A stretch of 64,000 nucleotides of DNA from an uncultured Solirubrobacterales bacterium (GCA_963718545.1 CAVQZO010000003.1:591187-655186); one strand, 5' to 3'. Shown: positions 36,403 to 46,510, counted from the stretch's first letter. Numbers and translations: made by a program. The notes: a model not told the origin generated them from the letters alone.

Positions 36403-36768
36403 TTAGCCGACGTGCCCGAGTTGGCGCAGCATGCCGAGGTCGTCCCGGGCGGCCCAGTGTTCGGCGATCCGGTCGCCTTCGAGGCGGTATATGTGGATGT
36501 GCTCGACCGCGAACGACTTGCCGGTTGGCTGGTGGCCCATCCATTCGCGCGTGCTGGTGCCGCGGAAGCCGCAGCGCATGACGACCTTGTCATCGCTCGC
36601 GAATGCGTCCTTGACCTCGTAGACGAGGTCGTCCAAGCCGGAGTGGATCCAGCGGATCGTGTCCTTGAGCGCTTCGCGTCCGCGCGTGCCCTCTGGCCCT
36701 TGCCCGTGGTCGATCACATCCGGGGTGGTGAGCTCGTCGACGAGCTCGAGGCGCGCGCCGCCGAACAT
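36403..36768 (-). CDS. SnoaL-like ester cyclase
   Basis: GT....WMG..PTGK, YRLEGDRIAEHWAARDDL. Confidence 0.85.
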   Translation of the reverse strand: MFGGARLELVDELTTPDVIDHGQGPEGTRGREALKDTIRWIHSGLDDLVYEVKDAFASDDKVVMRCGFRGTSTREWMGHQPTGKSFAVEHIHIYRLEGDRIAEHWAARDDLGMLRQLGHVG

Positions 36769-36789
36769 CTCGAGCCGGGCTGAAGGCCA

Positions 36790-37404
36790 CTATCGGTATG
36801 CGGGCTGTTCGCTGTCGGGGTCAGCGGCGACTGCGTCTAGGCGTCGATCAGCGATCAGTCGTTCGATCGTACGGGCGGTCGCTCCTATTCCGGCCCAGTG
36901 TGGGTCGATGTCTGCAGCCACGCACCACGTGTGGTCAGACGGCCACACGAAGGCGGGCGTGCCGCCCCGCGAGAACTCCGGCCGGCCCCAGATCCCGGCC
37001 TCTGCCGGCTGACCCCAGATCTCAGCCTCCGAGAGCGCCCCGTGAAACAGGAAGAAGGAGCGGGCTGCGATCTGGGCGCCGCGAGGAACACCGAAGGTGG
37101 GCCATCGGCGGGCCGACTCTGGAAGGGGCCACCCGTCCCATAAGCCGAAATAGCAGTCCGAAGGATCAGAGGTCCCTATGGCAAGTAGCTGCAGCAGAGC
37201 ACGCCACTGTTGAACCTCGCTGGGCGATGCCTCGAGATCGGCTTCGGTCTCCCGCTGGCCCGAGTGCGTCGGGTCGGGGATAAACCGCACACGCGCGTAG
37301 GCCGCGAATCCCGGCGGTCCGAACTCCACCAGCCGGGCCCACGGCACCTCGCTCGTCACGATCCAGCTGGCCGGCGAAAGGTCTGAGCAGATGGCGAGCG
37401 ACAT
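36790..37404 (-). CDS. Conserved hypothetical protein
   Basis: GPPGFAAYARV, CYFGLWDGW, FVWPSDHTWCVA pattern; coding-like. Confidence 0.7.
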   Translation of the reverse strand: MSLAICSDLSPASWIVTSEVPWARLVEFGPPGFAAYARVRFIPDPTHSGQRETEADLEASPSEVQQWRALLQLLAIGTSDPSDCYFGLWDGWPLPESARRWPTFGVPRGAQIAARSFFLFHGALSEAEIWGQPAEAGIWGRPEFSRGGTPAFVWPSDHTWCVAADIDPHWAGIGATARTIERLIADRRLDAVAADPDSEQPAYR

Positions 37405-37415
37405 CGTTTCGGAGC

Positions 37416-37443
37416 AAAAAACCCGCCGTTACCAGCGGGTTTA
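37416..37443 (-). terminator. Intrinsic terminator after tRNA-Arg
   Basis: Minus strand AAACCCGC-TGGTAACG-GCGGGTTT followed by a T run. Confidence 0.85.
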
Positions 37444-37447
37444 GAAG

Positions 37448-37521
<74 letters not shown>

Positions 37522-37632
37522 GTGCCGGCGATCTGCCGGACAACAGGCCGGACCCCCGACGCAAAACCGGGCTGAGCGACCAACGCGCATCCTAGCGACC
37601 CCCGACCCGCCCGGACGAACCACGACCAGGGC

Positions 37633-38106
37633 CTACATGACCCCCCATGCATACGTCTGCTTGGCCAGGCGCAGGTACATGAAGGTCTCGGTGCTGCGTA
37701 CCCCTTCGATGGCTCGCACCTTCCCGTTGACGACCGAGATCAGCTGCTCGTCGTCCTCGCAGACCAGCTCGACGATGATGTCGAACGAGCCCGCACAGAT
37801 GACGACATAGTCGATCTGCGGGAGTGCGCTCAACTTCCCCGCGATCTCCTCCAGGTCGCCCTCGGCGGTGATCCCGATCATCGCCTGCCGGCGGAAGCCC
37901 AGCATCAGTGGGTCGGTGACCGCCACGATCTGCATCACGCCCGCCTCGCGCAGCTTGTGCACGCGCTGACGCACGGCGGCCTCCGAGAGCCCGACGGCGT
38001 CGGCGATCGAGGCGTACGAGCGTCGCCCGTCCTCCTGGAGCTGTTCGATGATCCGCTTGGACATCTCATCCAGACGGACCGCCCTGCCACCTCTTCCTGA
38101 AGCCAT
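37633..38106 (-). CDS. Lrp/AsnC-family regulator
   Basis: LDE....II..LQEDGR.SYA.IA..VGLSEAAVRQRV HTH plus RAM domain. Confidence 0.95.
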   Translation of the reverse strand: MASGRGGRAVRLDEMSKRIIEQLQEDGRRSYASIADAVGLSEAAVRQRVHKLREAGVMQIVAVTDPLMLGFRRQAMIGITAEGDLEEIAGKLSALPQIDYVVICAGSFDIIVELVCEDDEQLISVVNGKVRAIEGVRSTETFMYLRLAKQTYAWGVM

Positions 38107-38142
38107 CCGAGGGTGATGATGCCCCCTGGGAGCGCCAAACAC

Positions 38143-38219
38143 AACTGATTCCGTTGAAAGAACGGGCCGGACCAGCCTGTTTGCAACAAAAGCGCAGATC
38201 GTGTTAACTGATTCCGTTG
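38143..38219. promoter_or_regulatory. Two exact 14-bp direct repeats (putative Lrp operators)
   Basis: AACTGATTCCGTTG at 38143-38156 and 38206-38219 (63-bp period), between divergent genes. Confidence 0.7.
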
Positions 38220-38278
38220 CCGAGTTCGGTAAGGGATGAGAGTCTCCGCGCCGGGCCAAGCGTCCTGGAGAGGAGCCG

Positions 38279-39673
38279 ATGGCAGTCGCACAGCCCCACA
38301 CGCCCACGGACCTTCAACGTGCCGCCCGGGATCACCTGTGGCTGCATTTCAGCCGGGTAGGCGGCTTCGCCGACCGAGAGATCCCGATCATCGTTCGGGG
38401 TGAGGGCTGCTATCTGGAGGACGACCGCGGCCGCCGGTACCTCGACGCGCTGGCCGGCCTGTTCGCCGTACAGATCGGCTACTCCTATGGCGATGAGATG
38501 GGGGAGGCGGCGGCCGAGCAGATGCGCGAGCTGCCGTTCTACACCAACTGGAGCTACGCGCATCCTCGCTCCATCGAGCTGGCTCATGAGGTCGCACGCC
38601 TGGCTCCAGGAGACCTGGAGCGCGTGTTCCTCTGCTCGGGTGGCTCCGAGGCGGTGGAGAGCGCGTGGAAGCTGGCCCGCCAGTACCACACCCTCAAAGG
38701 CGAGCGGCGCTGGAAGGCCATCTCCCGGGACGTGGCCTACCACGGAACCACGATGGGCGCCCTGTCGATCAACGGCGTCGCCGAGCTGCGCACCCCGTTC
38801 GAGCCGCTCGTGCCGGGCGTGAGCCACGTGTCGAACACGGACCGCTACCACCGCCCCGAAGGCGAAACCGAGCAGGAGTTCACCCAGTTCCTCCTGGCCG
38901 AACTGCAGCAGGCGATCGAGCGCGAGGACCCGGCGACGGTGGCGATGGTGATCATGGAGCCCGTCCAGAACGCCGGCGGCTCGTTCACTCCGCCGGCAAA
39001 CTATTTCCAAGGGGTCCGCGAGATCTGCGACCGCTACGGCGTCCTGCTCTGCGCGGACGAGGTGATCACCGGGTATGGGCGCCTGGGAGCGTGGTTCGGC
39101 TCGGAGCTGTACGACATCCGGCCCGACCTGGTCACCTGCGCCAAAGGGCTCTCCTCCGCCTACGCCTCGATCGGCGGCGTGATCGCTAGCGAAAAGGTGG
39201 CCGAGCCATTCCTCACCGATCCCAACTCCTTCTCCCACGGGATCACCTTTGGCGGTCACCCGGTGCAGTGCGCCATCGCGCTGCGCAACCTCCAGATCAT
39301 GCAGCGCGAACAGATCGTGGAGCACGTGGCCGCCCACCAGGACGATTTCCGCAACACGCTCGCTCCGCTCCTGGACATTCCGATCGTCGGGGACATCCGG
39401 GGCACCGGCTTCTTCTGGGCGCTGGAGCTGGTCCGCGACAAGGACACCAAGGCTCCGTTCACCGCCAAGGAGCAGGATTGGCTGCTGCGGGACTTCCTGT
39501 CCAACCGCCTGTTCGAGGCGGGCCTGATCTGCCGGGCGGACGATCGCGGCGAGCCGGTCGTCCAGATCTCTCCACCGCTGATCGCGGGTCAGGCCGAGTT
39601 CGACAAGATCGCCGGCATCCTCGGCGACGCGCTGGCCGAGGCCGCGCGACGGCTGGGTCGCCCGACGGCCTGA
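38279..39673 (+). CDS. Class III PLP aminotransferase (polyamine/omega-amino)
   Basis: YLDALAGL, GGSEAVE, YHGTT, EPVQNAGG, DEVITGYGR, CAKG (PLP Lys). Confidence 0.93.
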   Translation: MAVAQPHTPTDLQRAARDHLWLHFSRVGGFADREIPIIVRGEGCYLEDDRGRRYLDALAGLFAVQIGYSYGDEMGEAAAEQMRELPFYTNWSYAHPRSIELAHEVARLAPGDLERVFLCSGGSEAVESAWKLARQYHTLKGERRWKAISRDVAYHGTTMGALSINGVAELRTPFEPLVPGVSHVSNTDRYHRPEGETEQEFTQFLLAELQQAIEREDPATVAMVIMEPVQNAGGSFTPPANYFQGVREICDRYGVLLCADEVITGYGRLGAWFGSELYDIRPDLVTCAKGLSSAYASIGGVIASEKVAEPFLTDPNSFSHGITFGGHPVQCAIALRNLQIMQREQIVEHVAAHQDDFRNTLAPLLDIPIVGDIRGTGFFWALELVRDKDTKAPFTAKEQDWLLRDFLSNRLFEAGLICRADDRGEPVVQISPPLIAGQAEFDKIAGILGDALAEAARRLGRPTA

Positions 39674-39674
39674 C

Positions 39675-40808
39675 ATGGCCGCGTCCGCGCCCTCGGCCGG
39701 GTCACCCCCCGTGAGCACCCGGCCGATGACCGGCACCGGGAATCCTGATGTTCGCCTCGAACGGGTGACCAAGGAGTTCGGAACCACGGTCGCCGTGGAC
39801 GACATCACCCTGGACATCGCGCACGGCGAGTTCTTCAGCCTGCTCGGTCCCTCCGGGTGCGGCAAGTCCACGACGCTCTCGATCATCGGCGGCTTCGAGG
39901 AGCCGACCGAGGGTGCGGTCCTGCTCGGTGGCCAGGACGTGGCGCGGATCCCGGCCTACCGGCGCGACGTCAACACCGTGTTCCAGTCCTACGCGCTGTT
40001 CCCTCATCTCTCCGTGTTCGAGAACGTCGCCTTCGGATTGCGGCGCAAGCGCCACCGCAAGGAGGAGATCGCGCAACGGGTGGACGAGACGCTCAACCTC
40101 GTCGACCTGCCGGGCATGGCTCAGCGGCGTCCCTCACAGCTCTCCGGAGGCCAGCAGCAGCGGGTGGCGCTGGCCCGCGCCCTGATCAACCGGCCGCGAG
40201 TGCTCCTACTCGACGAGCCGATGGGGGCGCTCGACGCGAAGCTCCGCAAGCAGATGCAGGTGGAGCTCAAGCGCATCCAGAACGAGGTCGGGATCACCTT
40301 CCTGTATGTCACGCACGACCAGGAGGAGGCGATGGCGATGTCCGACCGCCTGGCCGTGATGAATCTCGGGCAGATCGAGCAGGTCGGCCCGCCCCAGGAG
40401 GTCTACGACCACCCGTCCACCGAGTTCGTGGCCGGCTTCCTGGGCGCCTCCAACCTCCTGGCCGGCACTGTCCTCAACCGCAACCAGGGCGAGGTCAAGC
40501 TCGATGGCGGGACCACGGTCCGGGTCCCGCCGGATCGCATTCCCGATGGCCGTGACCGGATCAAGGTCGGCGTCCGGCCGGAGAAGCTGGTCCTCCAGAG
40601 ACCGCAGGAGATCCCGCCCGAAGGTCGCAACAGCCTGGATACCAGGGTGCAGATCGCGACCTACCTGGGGGTCAGTCACCAGTACATGCTCGAAGAACCC
40701 AGTGGAGCCACGCTCACCGCGTACGTGCAGAACGTCGACGCCGATGCACCCGGCCCGGGTGCGGCGGTTCGCGTCGTCTGGCGGCCCGAGCACAGCTTCG
40801 TCGTCTAG
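39675..40808 (+). CDS. potA: Polyamine ABC transporter ATP-binding protein
   Basis: [31 protein letters not shown]. Confidence 0.9.
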   Translation: MAASAPSAGSPPVSTRPMTGTGNPDVRLERVTKEFGTTVAVDDITLDIAHGEFFSLLGPSGCGKSTTLSIIGGFEEPTEGAVLLGGQDVARIPAYRRDVNTVFQSYALFPHLSVFENVAFGLRRKRHRKEEIAQRVDETLNLVDLPGMAQRRPSQLSGGQQQRVALARALINRPRVLLLDEPMGALDAKLRKQMQVELKRIQNEVGITFLYVTHDQEEAMAMSDRLAVMNLGQIEQVGPPQEVYDHPSTEFVAGFLGASNLLAGTVLNRNQGEVKLDGGTTVRVPPDRIPDGRDRIKVGVRPEKLVLQRPQEIPPEGRNSLDTRVQIATYLGVSHQYMLEEPSGATLTAYVQNVDADAPGPGAAVRVVWRPEHSFVV

Positions 40809-40820
40809 GAGGCGACCCGC

Positions 40821-42074
40821 ATGAGCGAAAACAGTTCAGAACCAGCCGACCATCTCGACCCGGCGCTCGTGCGTGGTCTCACCGAGCCGCGGATGTCCCG
40901 GGGTCAGTTCCTGCGCTCCGCCGGAGCCGGCGCCGCCGGGCTCACCCTCTCCAGCCTGCTCAGCGCGTGCGGCATCGCTGGAACGCGCACCGCGGCCAAC
41001 AGCGCTCCCAAGAAGAATTGGCCAGCATGGTGGGCCAAGCAGAAGAAGGAGGGCGTGCTGGACTTCGCCAACTGGCCGCTGTACATCGACACGGTCCACG
41101 GCAAGCATCCCTCGCTAAAGCAGTTCGCCAAGGCCACGGGCATCCAGGTCAACTACACCGAGCCGATCCAGGACAACCAGAGCTTCTACGCCACGATCGC
41201 ACCGACCCTCCAGGCCGGGCAGCCGATCGGCTACGACATCATCGTCATCACCAACGGCTGGCAGCTCACTGAGCTGATCTCGAACAACTGGCTGATCCCG
41301 CTCGATCAGTCCGGCATCCCCAACTTCTACGCGTACGCCGACCCGGCCTTCAAGAACCCGAACTACGACCCGGGCAACCAGTTCACGGTGGCATGGCAAT
41401 CGGGTTTCACGGGGATCGCCTACAACCCGAAGCTGACCGGGCGCGAGATAACCAGCCTCCACGACCTGTTCGACCCCAAGTTCAAGGGGCACGTGGGAAT
41501 GATGAGCGACAACACCGAGCTGGGCAGCGCCGGATTGCTTCTGATGGGCAAGGATCCGGCGACCTCGTCGGTCGCTGAGTGGAAGCAGGCGGCTGAGCTG
41601 ATGACCAAGCAGCGCAGCCAGGGCCTGGTGCGCCAGTACTACGACCAGAGCTACATCAAGGCGCTGGAGAGTGGCGACACCTGGATCTCCCAGGCCTGGT
41701 CGGGGGACATCTTCCAGGCCAACGCATCGGGTTACCCCGACCTGAAGTTCGTCGTCCCCAAGGAAGGAATCATGCAGTGGATCGACAGCATGATGATCCC
41801 GATGCACGCCGCCCATCCGCTCGACGCGATCGACTGGATGAACTTCTACTACCAGCCCAAGATCGCCGCTGAGATAGCCGACTGGGTCAACTACATCACC
41901 CCGGTCCCGGACGCCAGGCAGCTCCTCCTCAAGTCGGATCCGGCGGTCGGGAAGAGCCCGCTGGTGTTCCCCACGCCGCAGATGAAGTCCGCCGCGCACC
42001 AGTACTACGTGTACAAGACCTACAGCGAGTTCAACCAGTGGAACAACATCTTCAACCCGGTCATCCAGGGCTGA
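40821..42074 (+). CDS. Polyamine ABC substrate-binding Tat lipoprotein (PotD/PotF-like)
   Basis: SRGQFLR leader, LSAC lipobox, NWPLYID, QAWSGD, PKEG, YITPVP. Confidence 0.9.
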   Translation: MSENSSEPADHLDPALVRGLTEPRMSRGQFLRSAGAGAAGLTLSSLLSACGIAGTRTAANSAPKKNWPAWWAKQKKEGVLDFANWPLYIDTVHGKHPSLKQFAKATGIQVNYTEPIQDNQSFYATIAPTLQAGQPIGYDIIVITNGWQLTELISNNWLIPLDQSGIPNFYAYADPAFKNPNYDPGNQFTVAWQSGFTGIAYNPKLTGREITSLHDLFDPKFKGHVGMMSDNTELGSAGLLLMGKDPATSSVAEWKQAAELMTKQRSQGLVRQYYDQSYIKALESGDTWISQAWSGDIFQANASGYPDLKFVVPKEGIMQWIDSMMIPMHAAHPLDAIDWMNFYYQPKIAAEIADWVNYITPVPDARQLLLKSDPAVGKSPLVFPTPQMKSAAHQYYVYKTYSEFNQWNNIFNPVIQG

Positions 42075-42079
42075 AGCGG

Positions 42080-42973
42080 TTGAATCTCCCGGGCGCAGGC
42101 GCCGCCCGGACCAGGAAGCGCCGCGGCCGGGGGGCGCCCTACGGTCTCTCGGCGCCGGGCGGATCCTGGCTGCTGGTCTTCTTCCTGATCCCGATCGTGT
42201 CGGCCCTGTCGGTCTCGCTGATGACCGGCAACCCGGTGACCGGTTATCGGCTCACCTGGCACTTCGGTGAATATTCCAACGTCTTCTCCGCCTACGGGTC
42301 CGAGTTCGCGCGCTCCTTCGAGTACGGCGTCATCTCCACGATCGCGGCGTTCGTGATCACCTATCCGATCGCGTACTGGATCGCCTTCCACGGGGGCCGG
42401 TACAAGTCGACGCTGCTATTCCTGCTGCTGCTGCCGTTCTTCGTGTCGTTCGTGATCCGCACGTTGAGCTGGCAATTCATCCTCTCCGACCAGGGCTTCG
42501 TCCTCAGGACGCTGGAGAACCTGCATCTGCTCCCGCGGGGAACCCACGTGCTCTCCACCACCTTCGCGGTGCTGGCCGGCCTCACCTACAACGCGATTCC
42601 GTTCATGGCGCTGCCGCTGTATGTGGCGATCGAGAAGATCGACCGGCGGGTCGTCCGGGCGGCCACGGACCTGTACGCGCGGCCGTCCACCTCCTTCCTG
42701 CGGGTGATCCTGCCGCTGTCGGCGCCGGGCATCTTCGCCGGCTTCCTGCTGGTGTTCGTGACGAACGTCGGTGACTACGTCAACGCCCAGATCCTGGGTG
42801 GCCCGGGGACGACGATGATCGGCAACATCATCGAGAACGCCTACCTGAACAACCTCGACTATCCGACTGCAGCGGCCCTGTCGACCGTCCTGATGGCGCT
42901 CCTGCTGGTCGTGATCTACCTGTACGCGCGGTTCTTCGGGACCGAATCACTTCAGGAGTACGCGACGGCATGA
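42080..42973 (+). CDS. Polyamine ABC permease (PotB-like)
   Basis: LPFFVSFVIRT; PFM.LPLY..IE; LPLSAPG. Confidence 0.9.
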   Translation: MNLPGAGAARTRKRRGRGAPYGLSAPGGSWLLVFFLIPIVSALSVSLMTGNPVTGYRLTWHFGEYSNVFSAYGSEFARSFEYGVISTIAAFVITYPIAYWIAFHGGRYKSTLLFLLLLPFFVSFVIRTLSWQFILSDQGFVLRTLENLHLLPRGTHVLSTTFAVLAGLTYNAIPFMALPLYVAIEKIDRRVVRAATDLYARPSTSFLRVILPLSAPGIFAGFLLVFVTNVGDYVNAQILGGPGTTMIGNIIENAYLNNLDYPTAAALSTVLMALLLVVIYLYARFFGTESLQEYATA

Positions 42974-43821
42974 GCGCGGTCACGATGCCCAGGACCGCCC
43001 AGGCCCCGGCCGCGCCGGCGCAGAACCGCCGCCGGAGGCGGCCCGCGCGGGCGATTCTGCCCGTCTGGTCCGCCCTGGTGATCCTCTACACGCTCGTCCC
43101 GATCGGCGTGATGATCGCCTACGGCTTCAACCAGGCGCCGTCAGGCCGGCTGACCTTCGCCTGGCAGGGGTTCACCACCCAGTGGTACCAGCAGGTGTTC
43201 GCGATCGCGAACCTGACCGGCGCGCTCGTGCACTCACTCGAGCTGGCCTTCAGCTCCACGGCCATCTCCCTGGTCCTCGGCACTCCGCTCGCGCTCGCCC
43301 TGGCGCGCTACCGATACCGTGGACGCGGGGCCACCGACGCCACGATCTTCCTGGACATCGCGGCCCCGGAGGTCGTGGTCGGCGCTGCACTGCTGTCCTT
43401 CTTCCTGTCGCTGAACATTCCCCGGGGTCTGGTGACGATCCTGATCGCGCACGTGGCGTTCAACATCGCCTTCGTGACGGTGGTCGTCCGGGCCCGGGTG
43501 CTCGGGCTGGACCGAGCCCTGGACCGCGCGGCGGCCGACCTCGGGGCGAACCCGTGGACGGCCTTCTGGAAGGTGATGTTCCCGCTGATCCTCCCCGGGA
43601 TCATGGCCGGCGGGATGCTCGCCTTCGCAATGTCGATCGACGACTTCATCATCACCGAGTTCGTCGCCGGGCAGACCGTGACGTTCCCGCTGTGGGTCTA
43701 CGGCGCGGTCAAGGTGGGTATCCCGCCGCAGGTGTTCGTGATGGGCACGCTGATCTTCGTGGGCGGCATCATGCTGGCCGTCATCAACGCCGTGTTCCAG
43801 CGCCGCCGCTCGTTCGCGTGA
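42970..43821 (+). CDS. Polyamine ABC permease (PotC-like)
   Basis: AADLGA; SIDDF; TFPLWV. Confidence 0.9.
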   Translation: MSAVTMPRTAQAPAAPAQNRRRRRPARAILPVWSALVILYTLVPIGVMIAYGFNQAPSGRLTFAWQGFTTQWYQQVFAIANLTGALVHSLELAFSSTAISLVLGTPLALALARYRYRGRGATDATIFLDIAAPEVVVGAALLSFFLSLNIPRGLVTILIAHVAFNIAFVTVVVRARVLGLDRALDRAAADLGANPWTAFWKVMFPLILPGIMAGGMLAFAMSIDDFIITEFVAGQTVTFPLWVYGAVKVGIPPQVFVMGTLIFVGGIMLAVINAVFQRRRSFA

Positions 43822-45239
43822 TTTCGACCCGCCGCCGGACCGAGCTCGCACCCCAGCTGCGAGACGCTGAGCCACGCGCGTTCTGGCTGGCCAACCCCAC
43901 ACATCCAGCGCCGCCTGCCCGGCCGCCGGTGGCCGGCCAGGTCGAGGCGGATCTGCTGGTGGTGGGCGGCGGGCTCACCGGCCTGTGGACCGCGCTCCAG
44001 GCGCTCGAGCAGGATCCGGCGGCATCGGTGGTGCTCGTCGAGGCGACCCGGATCGCCGATGGGGCTTCGGGCCGCAACGGCGGCTTCCTGAGCGCCTCTC
44101 TGACCCACGGGATCGCCAATGGCCTCAGCCGCTGGCCGGAGGAGATGGATGCGCTGGAGTCGCTCGGCCGAGCCAACTTCGACCAGATACGCACCGCGGT
44201 CGGGCGCTACGGGATCGACTGTGGCTGGGCCGAGACCGGGGAGCTGGAGGTGGCCACAGCCGCCCATCAGCTTCCCTGGCTGGACGAGGATGCCGCCGAC
44301 GCTCGCCGCTTCGGCTGGGACGCCCAGGTCCTGGATCGGGAGCAGCTGCACGCCGAGGTGAGCTCACCCACCTACCAGGGCGGGCTGTTGCGCCGGGACG
44401 GCCTCGCGCAGGTCGATCCAGCCCGCCTGAGCTGGGGCCTGGCCGACGCGATCGAGTCGGTCAGCGGGCACGTGCACGAGCACACCGCCGTCACGGAGCT
44501 GACCTCGACGGGCGCTCGAGTGCGCGCGCGGACCGACCAGGCCGAGGTCCTGGCGAAGCGGGTCGTGCTGGCCACCAGCGCGTTCCCCCCGCTCCTGCGC
44601 CGGATCCGCCACTACGTCATCCCGGTGTACGACTACGTGCTGGTCACCCAGCCACTCAACGCCGAACAGCTCGGCCCGATCGGGTGGGCCCACCGCCAGG
44701 GCATCTCGGATCTCGGCAACCGCTTCCACTACTACCGCCTGACCGAGGACAGCCGGCTGCTATGGGGCGGCTACGACGCGATCTACCACTTCGGTGGCGC
44801 CACCGGCCCCGCCCGCGAGCAGCGCGCGGCGACCCACAACCTGCTGCACGAGCAGCTGATCGAGACGTTCCCGTCGCTCGAGGGCGCCGGCGTCACCCAT
44901 CGTTGGGGCGGGGCGATCGACACCTGCAGCCGTTTCTGCGTCACGTTCGGCACCGCGATGTCCGGCCGGGTCGCCTACGCGGTCGGGTTCACGGGACTGG
45001 GCGTCGGGGCCAGCCGGTTCGGTGCGGCGGTGGCGCTGGATCTGGTGCACGGCCGCGACACCGAGCGCACGCGGCTCCGCATGGTCCGCGAGCGCCCCAT
45101 CCCGTTTCCCCCGGAGCCCGCCCGCTACCTGGCCGTCCAGGCGACCCGCGCTGCGCTGGCGCGAGCCGATGAGCGGCAGGGACGCCGAGGTCCGTGGCTC
45201 CGGTTGCTGGACCGGATCGGGGCCGGGTTTGACAGTTGA
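43818..45239 (+). CDS. FAD-dependent oxidoreductase (PuuB/DadA-like)
   Basis: GTGA overlap start; VVGGGLTG, GASGRNGG, GFTG.GVG. Confidence 0.9.
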   Translation: MISTRRRTELAPQLRDAEPRAFWLANPTHPAPPARPPVAGQVEADLLVVGGGLTGLWTALQALEQDPAASVVLVEATRIADGASGRNGGFLSASLTHGIANGLSRWPEEMDALESLGRANFDQIRTAVGRYGIDCGWAETGELEVATAAHQLPWLDEDAADARRFGWDAQVLDREQLHAEVSSPTYQGGLLRRDGLAQVDPARLSWGLADAIESVSGHVHEHTAVTELTSTGARVRARTDQAEVLAKRVVLATSAFPPLLRRIRHYVIPVYDYVLVTQPLNAEQLGPIGWAHRQGISDLGNRFHYYRLTEDSRLLWGGYDAIYHFGGATGPAREQRAATHNLLHEQLIETFPSLEGAGVTHRWGGAIDTCSRFCVTFGTAMSGRVAYAVGFTGLGVGASRFGAAVALDLVHGRDTERTRLRMVRERPIPFPPEPARYLAVQATRAALARADERQGRRGPWLRLLDRIGAGFDS

Positions 45240-45265
45240 GGCGGCCGGCCAGCCGCCTCAACCAG

Positions 45266-45673
45266 TTAGGTGAGATCCGCCGCCACGTCGGCGTAGCGCG
45301 CCACGGTGAACCCGACCAGCGCCGGCACGTGGATCGCGAACAGCACCAGTGACAGCGTCAGCACGACCAGCGGCCCGCCGCTCAGGTGGTTCTGCAGGAA
45401 GACGTACTCGATCAGGCCGGCGATCACCACGTAGGCGAGGAGCGACCAGCGTCCCACCTGCCAGAAGCGATCCCAGTCGAAGCGGCGGATCCGGGTCAGC
45501 GACCCGAGGTTGAACACCATCAGCGCGCCCGACAGGACGAGCAGAATGACCGCCGGGGCCAGCGAGACGTGCTGGGGCAGGTGGGCCGACAGGTAGATGC
45601 CGCCGGCCACGATCAGCGCCAGCGAGAGCATCGCCAGCTGCGTGAACGGGGGGTATTTCTCGGCCTCGTTCAT
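45266..45673 (-). CDS. Hypothetical 4-TM membrane protein
   Basis: MNEAEKYPPFTQL...; four hydrophobic helices; ATGA coupling to the upstream gene. Confidence 0.75.
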   Translation of the reverse strand: MNEAEKYPPFTQLAMLSLALIVAGGIYLSAHLPQHVSLAPAVILLVLSGALMVFNLGSLTRIRRFDWDRFWQVGRWSLLAYVVIAGLIEYVFLQNHLSGGPLVVLTLSLVLFAIHVPALVGFTVARYADVAADLT

Positions 45674-46305
45674 GAGCTGGCCAGGTGGGTCATGATCACG
45701 AACGTCGCCACCTGCATGATGCCGAGGACCCCGGCGCAGTAGACGAACCGCTTCATCAGCGTCTCTATCACCTGGCCGTTGGGGCGAGGCTTCTTGAGCT
45801 CGATCAGGACGGCGATGTTCGCCGGCTCCAGCAGCCCCAGGGCGAGGACGGCCATCACGCCGACGACGATGAAGCTGGCCACCACCCACCCGTGATTGGG
45901 ATCGCTGGTCAGGTTGGTGCCCGTGTGGGAGGCCAGCTGCCAGCCGGCCGTCAGCGTGACGGCCACCAGGATCGGCATCAGCACGACCATCTTCGGCATG
46001 AACCGGGTGGTGAAGTCGAGCCGCGACTGGAGGGGAAGCCGGCCGAGGATCGGGCCGATCAGCAGCCCGACGAACAGGTCGACGATCGTCCAGCCGGCGC
46101 CGCCCACCACGTGCAGGAACATCAGCGGCCACAGCTTGTTGGCGGCCACGGCCACCACGAGCAACACGAGCACGACCCCGGCGATCGCCAGCCCGACACG
46201 CGGGACGATCTCGAACTCCGGGATCACGGGCGGTCCGGCCGGATGAGCCTGTTCGGCGGCAGGGGCCGGCGGCGAGCTCAGGGGAGGAGCGGCGATATCG
46301 GTCAT
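45670..46305 (-). CDS. Hypothetical multi-TM membrane protein
   Basis: MTDIAAPP...; about 5 TM helices with His residues (FLHVVGG, HGW, MTH). Confidence 0.75.
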   Translation of the reverse strand: MTDIAAPPLSSPPAPAAEQAHPAGPPVIPEFEIVPRVGLAIAGVVLVLLVVAVAANKLWPLMFLHVVGGAGWTIVDLFVGLLIGPILGRLPLQSRLDFTTRFMPKMVVLMPILVAVTLTAGWQLASHTGTNLTSDPNHGWVVASFIVVGVMAVLALGLLEPANIAVLIELKKPRPNGQVIETLMKRFVYCAGVLGIMQVATFVIMTHLASS

Positions 46306-46359
46306 ATCAGCGCACCTTAAAGGCGAGCGCGGACGTGCGCAATGCGGATTAGTACGGAG

Positions 46360-46446
46360 CGGAGGGGGCGGGATTCGAACCCGCGGTCCGCTTGCACGGA
46401 CTCTGGTTTTCAAGACCAGCGCATTCGACCGCTCTGCCACCCCTCC
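46360..46446 (-). tRNA. tRNA-Ser(TGA)
   Basis: GGAGGGG acceptor, anticodon arm CTGGT-CTTGAAA-ACCAG, long variable arm, GTTCGAATC. Confidence 0.96.
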
Positions 46447-46510
46447 GGGCTGTGGCGCGATGCTAATGATCTGGAAATCGTCAGGGGGTCTCTAGCATGA
46501 GTAGCCGACC

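Noticed and set aside
36768-36792. TAG read-through joining the hypothetical gene to the in-frame SnoaL gene
   Set aside because: The domains are unrelated and there is no evidence for Pyl or a recoding signal; in-frame adjacency is expected one time in three.
46360-46446. Possible tRNA-Sec, given the nearby selenoprotein evidence and long variable arm
   Set aside because: The anticodon is TGA (reads Ser UCA), not TCA, and the acceptor stem is the standard 7 bp.
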